From Rhizaria sp. SCN 62-66 (taxonomy: Eukaryota), in NCBI GenBank assembly GCA_001724265.1, contig MEDY01000012.1, positions 62,001 through 126,000 of the forward strand: a DNA stretch of 64,000 nt. Reading direction: 5' to 3'. The notes under the pieces are model-generated. The model ran no database searches, was not told the origin of the DNA, and saw only the letters and a program-made list of their open reading frames with translations. Made by a program: the position numbers and the translations under genes. This document shows positions 62,101 to 64,000 of this stretch, piece by piece (the first letter of the stretch is position 1; every line of letters begins with the position of its first letter).

Positions 62101-64000
62101 GCGTCTACAATGCAAGTAACAGACAATAACAGGGGATTAAGAAAGCATAATGAGGGTGCGTTTGAGATCGAAACTTTGGCGGGTTGCGATTAAAGGACAC
62201 ATGTTCGGAGCAGAGAGATGTTAGAACGTACCGATCACACAGTCGCCGTTTTCGTAGAAATTGAACCCGCCGTTGGTGATCGTCGCCCAGTCGAGCAGGC
62301 AGTGGTCCTGGTACGTGGGGGAGTCACGGACCCTTTGCTGCTCAAACTGGAAGATTTTGATGAGTTGATCCATGTTAAACACGTTTCCTTGCTGCGCGGA
62401 GTAAATCACCTCGAGCTCGCGCTCGACGGAGGAGCGCATGAGCAGCACGGGCGCGACGTACTCGAGCCGCACGTTGTTGAACTCCTCCGCGGCGCGCGCG
62501 CCCTGCGAGCGGAAGTAGCCGCCGTCAAGGTTCCAGTCGGTCACTTCGAGCGGGAAGTCGGTCCAGAGGAAGTTGACGAAGCTGCCGTTGGTCCAGGCCG
62601 AGGCAACTGCGACGAACCAGAGCACGAGGAGGATGAAGTAGGCCAGGAAGCAGCTCATGCACGGCCGTTCCACGGCCAAACGCAGGTGTTGCATCGGCGT
62701 AAAAGGCGTCGACCGCTTGTCCACGACGCTGTCCTCGGCGCTTGCGGCGCCGGCGCCCGCGGGGCCTGCCAGCGCGCCCGTGCCTAGGGGTCCGTGTGCG
62801 CCGCCCGGCCCGCCGCCGGCGCCCGCGGCCGCCGCGCCGGAGAGCCGGATCGCCTCGGCGCGCGCGATGGCGTCGGCGGCGGACTTGGCGCGCGCGGCCG
62901 CGGCCGTGGAGACCAGCACGGCGGGGTCGTCGCTGACCGCCGTGAAGGCCGACATCGGCGGCGCCGTGGCGCGCGCGAGCAGCGTGCCGTCCTCGCGCAC
63001 CACGTACTGCGGCTTCTCGGCCGCCGCAGGTCCCGCGCCCACCGAGTTGTCCCCGTCGATAGTGTAGACGCTGCCGCGCGCGCCGCCCCCCATGTCGTTC
63101 GTAGCTGCGCTGGCGCCGGCCGCGCCGTTGACGCTGTTGGCGTGCTGCTCTTGCGCCTGCGTGAAGGCGTACTCGGTCACCGCGGCCTCGGCCGTCGTGT
63201 ACCCGCCCAGCGCGCCGCGGTCGCGCAGCATGGCGCGCGCAGACAGCGCGTCCTCCACGGCGCGGTCCTCGGCGCGCGCGCGCAAGAATGCCTCGGCCTC
63301 CTCGCGCGCCGTGAGCCCGCTCTCGGCCGAGACGGCCGTCAGATGAGCCTCGTTGGCGCGTTCACGCTCGGCTCGGTCCCGTGCCGCGCGCTCCCGCTCC
63401 AGCCGCTCGCGCTCGGCGGCGCGCTCGCGGGCAGCGGCGGCCGCGAGATCGTGATCACTGAGCGCGCCGGGGGCGGCGGCGGCGACGCTGTTGTTGCGCG
63501 ATGGGGTGAGGCGCGAGAAGAGCGCCGACTGGCCCAGCGGCCGAGGCGCAACCGCGGACGCCAGCGCAACGCTGTCACCGCCCTGGCTGCCACCGCCTTG
63601 GCCGCCACCGCCCGCTGCCGCGGCCGTGGCGCCGCGAGGGCGCGCGGGCGCGGGCGCGGTCGCGGGCACAGCCCTGCCTTGCTGCTGCTGCTGCTGTTGC
63701 TGTGGCTGCTGCGCGGCGTACAGCGACCTGGGGGGCGAGCGCGACTGGGGCCGCGAGCTCGTCGCGGGCACGTCGTTCACGTTGCTACTCGTATTCGGTG
63801 GCACGGCGGGGCCGTACGCTCCGCGCGGCGCCGGCGTCTGAAGCTGTGAGGCCGAGGCGGCGGCGGGCGCGTAGGGGTCCGGGTGGTACCGGATGTGCTG
63901 ACTGCCGCCACTGCCCACGGTCCCGCCGGAAATCAAGCCGCCTGGGGAGCTGACGGTCCCGCGGGGGCGCAGCCTCGGACTCGCGGCTACGCTATTGCCG
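56159..64000 (-). CDS. Dispatched/Patched-like RND (sterol-sensing domain) membrane protein, 5' end outside window, >=2,444 aa; exons >64000..62232, 62104..61999, 61847..58391, 58273..57599, 57487..56159
   Basis: Topology TM1, large loop, 5 TM (SSD-like; WTFRSSSFTLAL, LPALRAFSLFAAV...LVWPAAI), TM7, large loop, 5 TM (DRVRETL...FRSFAIL...IPVLLLLIGP). Four GT-AG introns join the track ORFs plus a 106-nt exon with consistent phases (1, 2, 0, 0). Stop TAA. Confidence 0.82.
57488..57598 (-). other. Spliceosomal intron (111 nt, phase 0)
   Basis: GTACGC donor, TTTCTTTCTTCAG acceptor; joins SEM to GRELVQ. Confidence 0.85.
58274..58390 (-). other. Spliceosomal intron (117 nt, phase 0)
   Basis: GTGCGT donor, TTTGTCTTCTCATAG acceptor; joins FTVQ to VDLSQ. 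Confidence 0.85.
61848..61998 (-). other. Spliceosomal intron (151 nt, phase 2)
   Basis: GTACGT donor, CTAAC branch-like site, TTTCACAG acceptor; TA|T forms a Tyr codon. Confidence 0.8.
62105..62231 (-). other. Spliceosomal intron (127 nt, phase 1)
   Basis: GTACGT donor, TTGCATTGTAG acceptor; G|AC forms an Asp codon. Confidence 0.8.

Overview
Gene-dense eukaryotic (protist-like) nuclear DNA. GC-rich coding blocks alternate with short AT-rich spacers, and five short GT-AG spliceosomal introns (111-154 nt, donor GTRCGY) can be placed. I read seven genes: (1) a 5'-truncated giant low-complexity protein (>5,700 aa, AT-hook-like motifs); (2) an RS/RD-rich nuclear-type protein; (3) a spliced, secreted prepro-protein with an extremely Arg/Lys/Pro-rich region; (4) an RCC1-repeat protein; (5) a BolA1-type protein; (6) a ~30 kb, ~10,000-codon voltage-sensor/adenylyl cyclase fusion (ciliate/Plasmodium AC-alpha type) inflated by low-complexity inserts; (7) a 5'-truncated, five-exon Dispatched/Patched-like RND protein. 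Main signal: the five huge + strand ORFs of the ORF track are really two reading frames broken only by three in-frame TAG codons (11675, 29218, 43150). One of these TAGs lies between the two halves of one cyclase catalytic domain, while all seven real gene ends use TAA or TGA. This points to UAG being read as an amino acid (variant nuclear code or readthrough/editing), with base errors or nonsense alleles as the alternative. Family assignments come from motif recognition by eye, not database searches.
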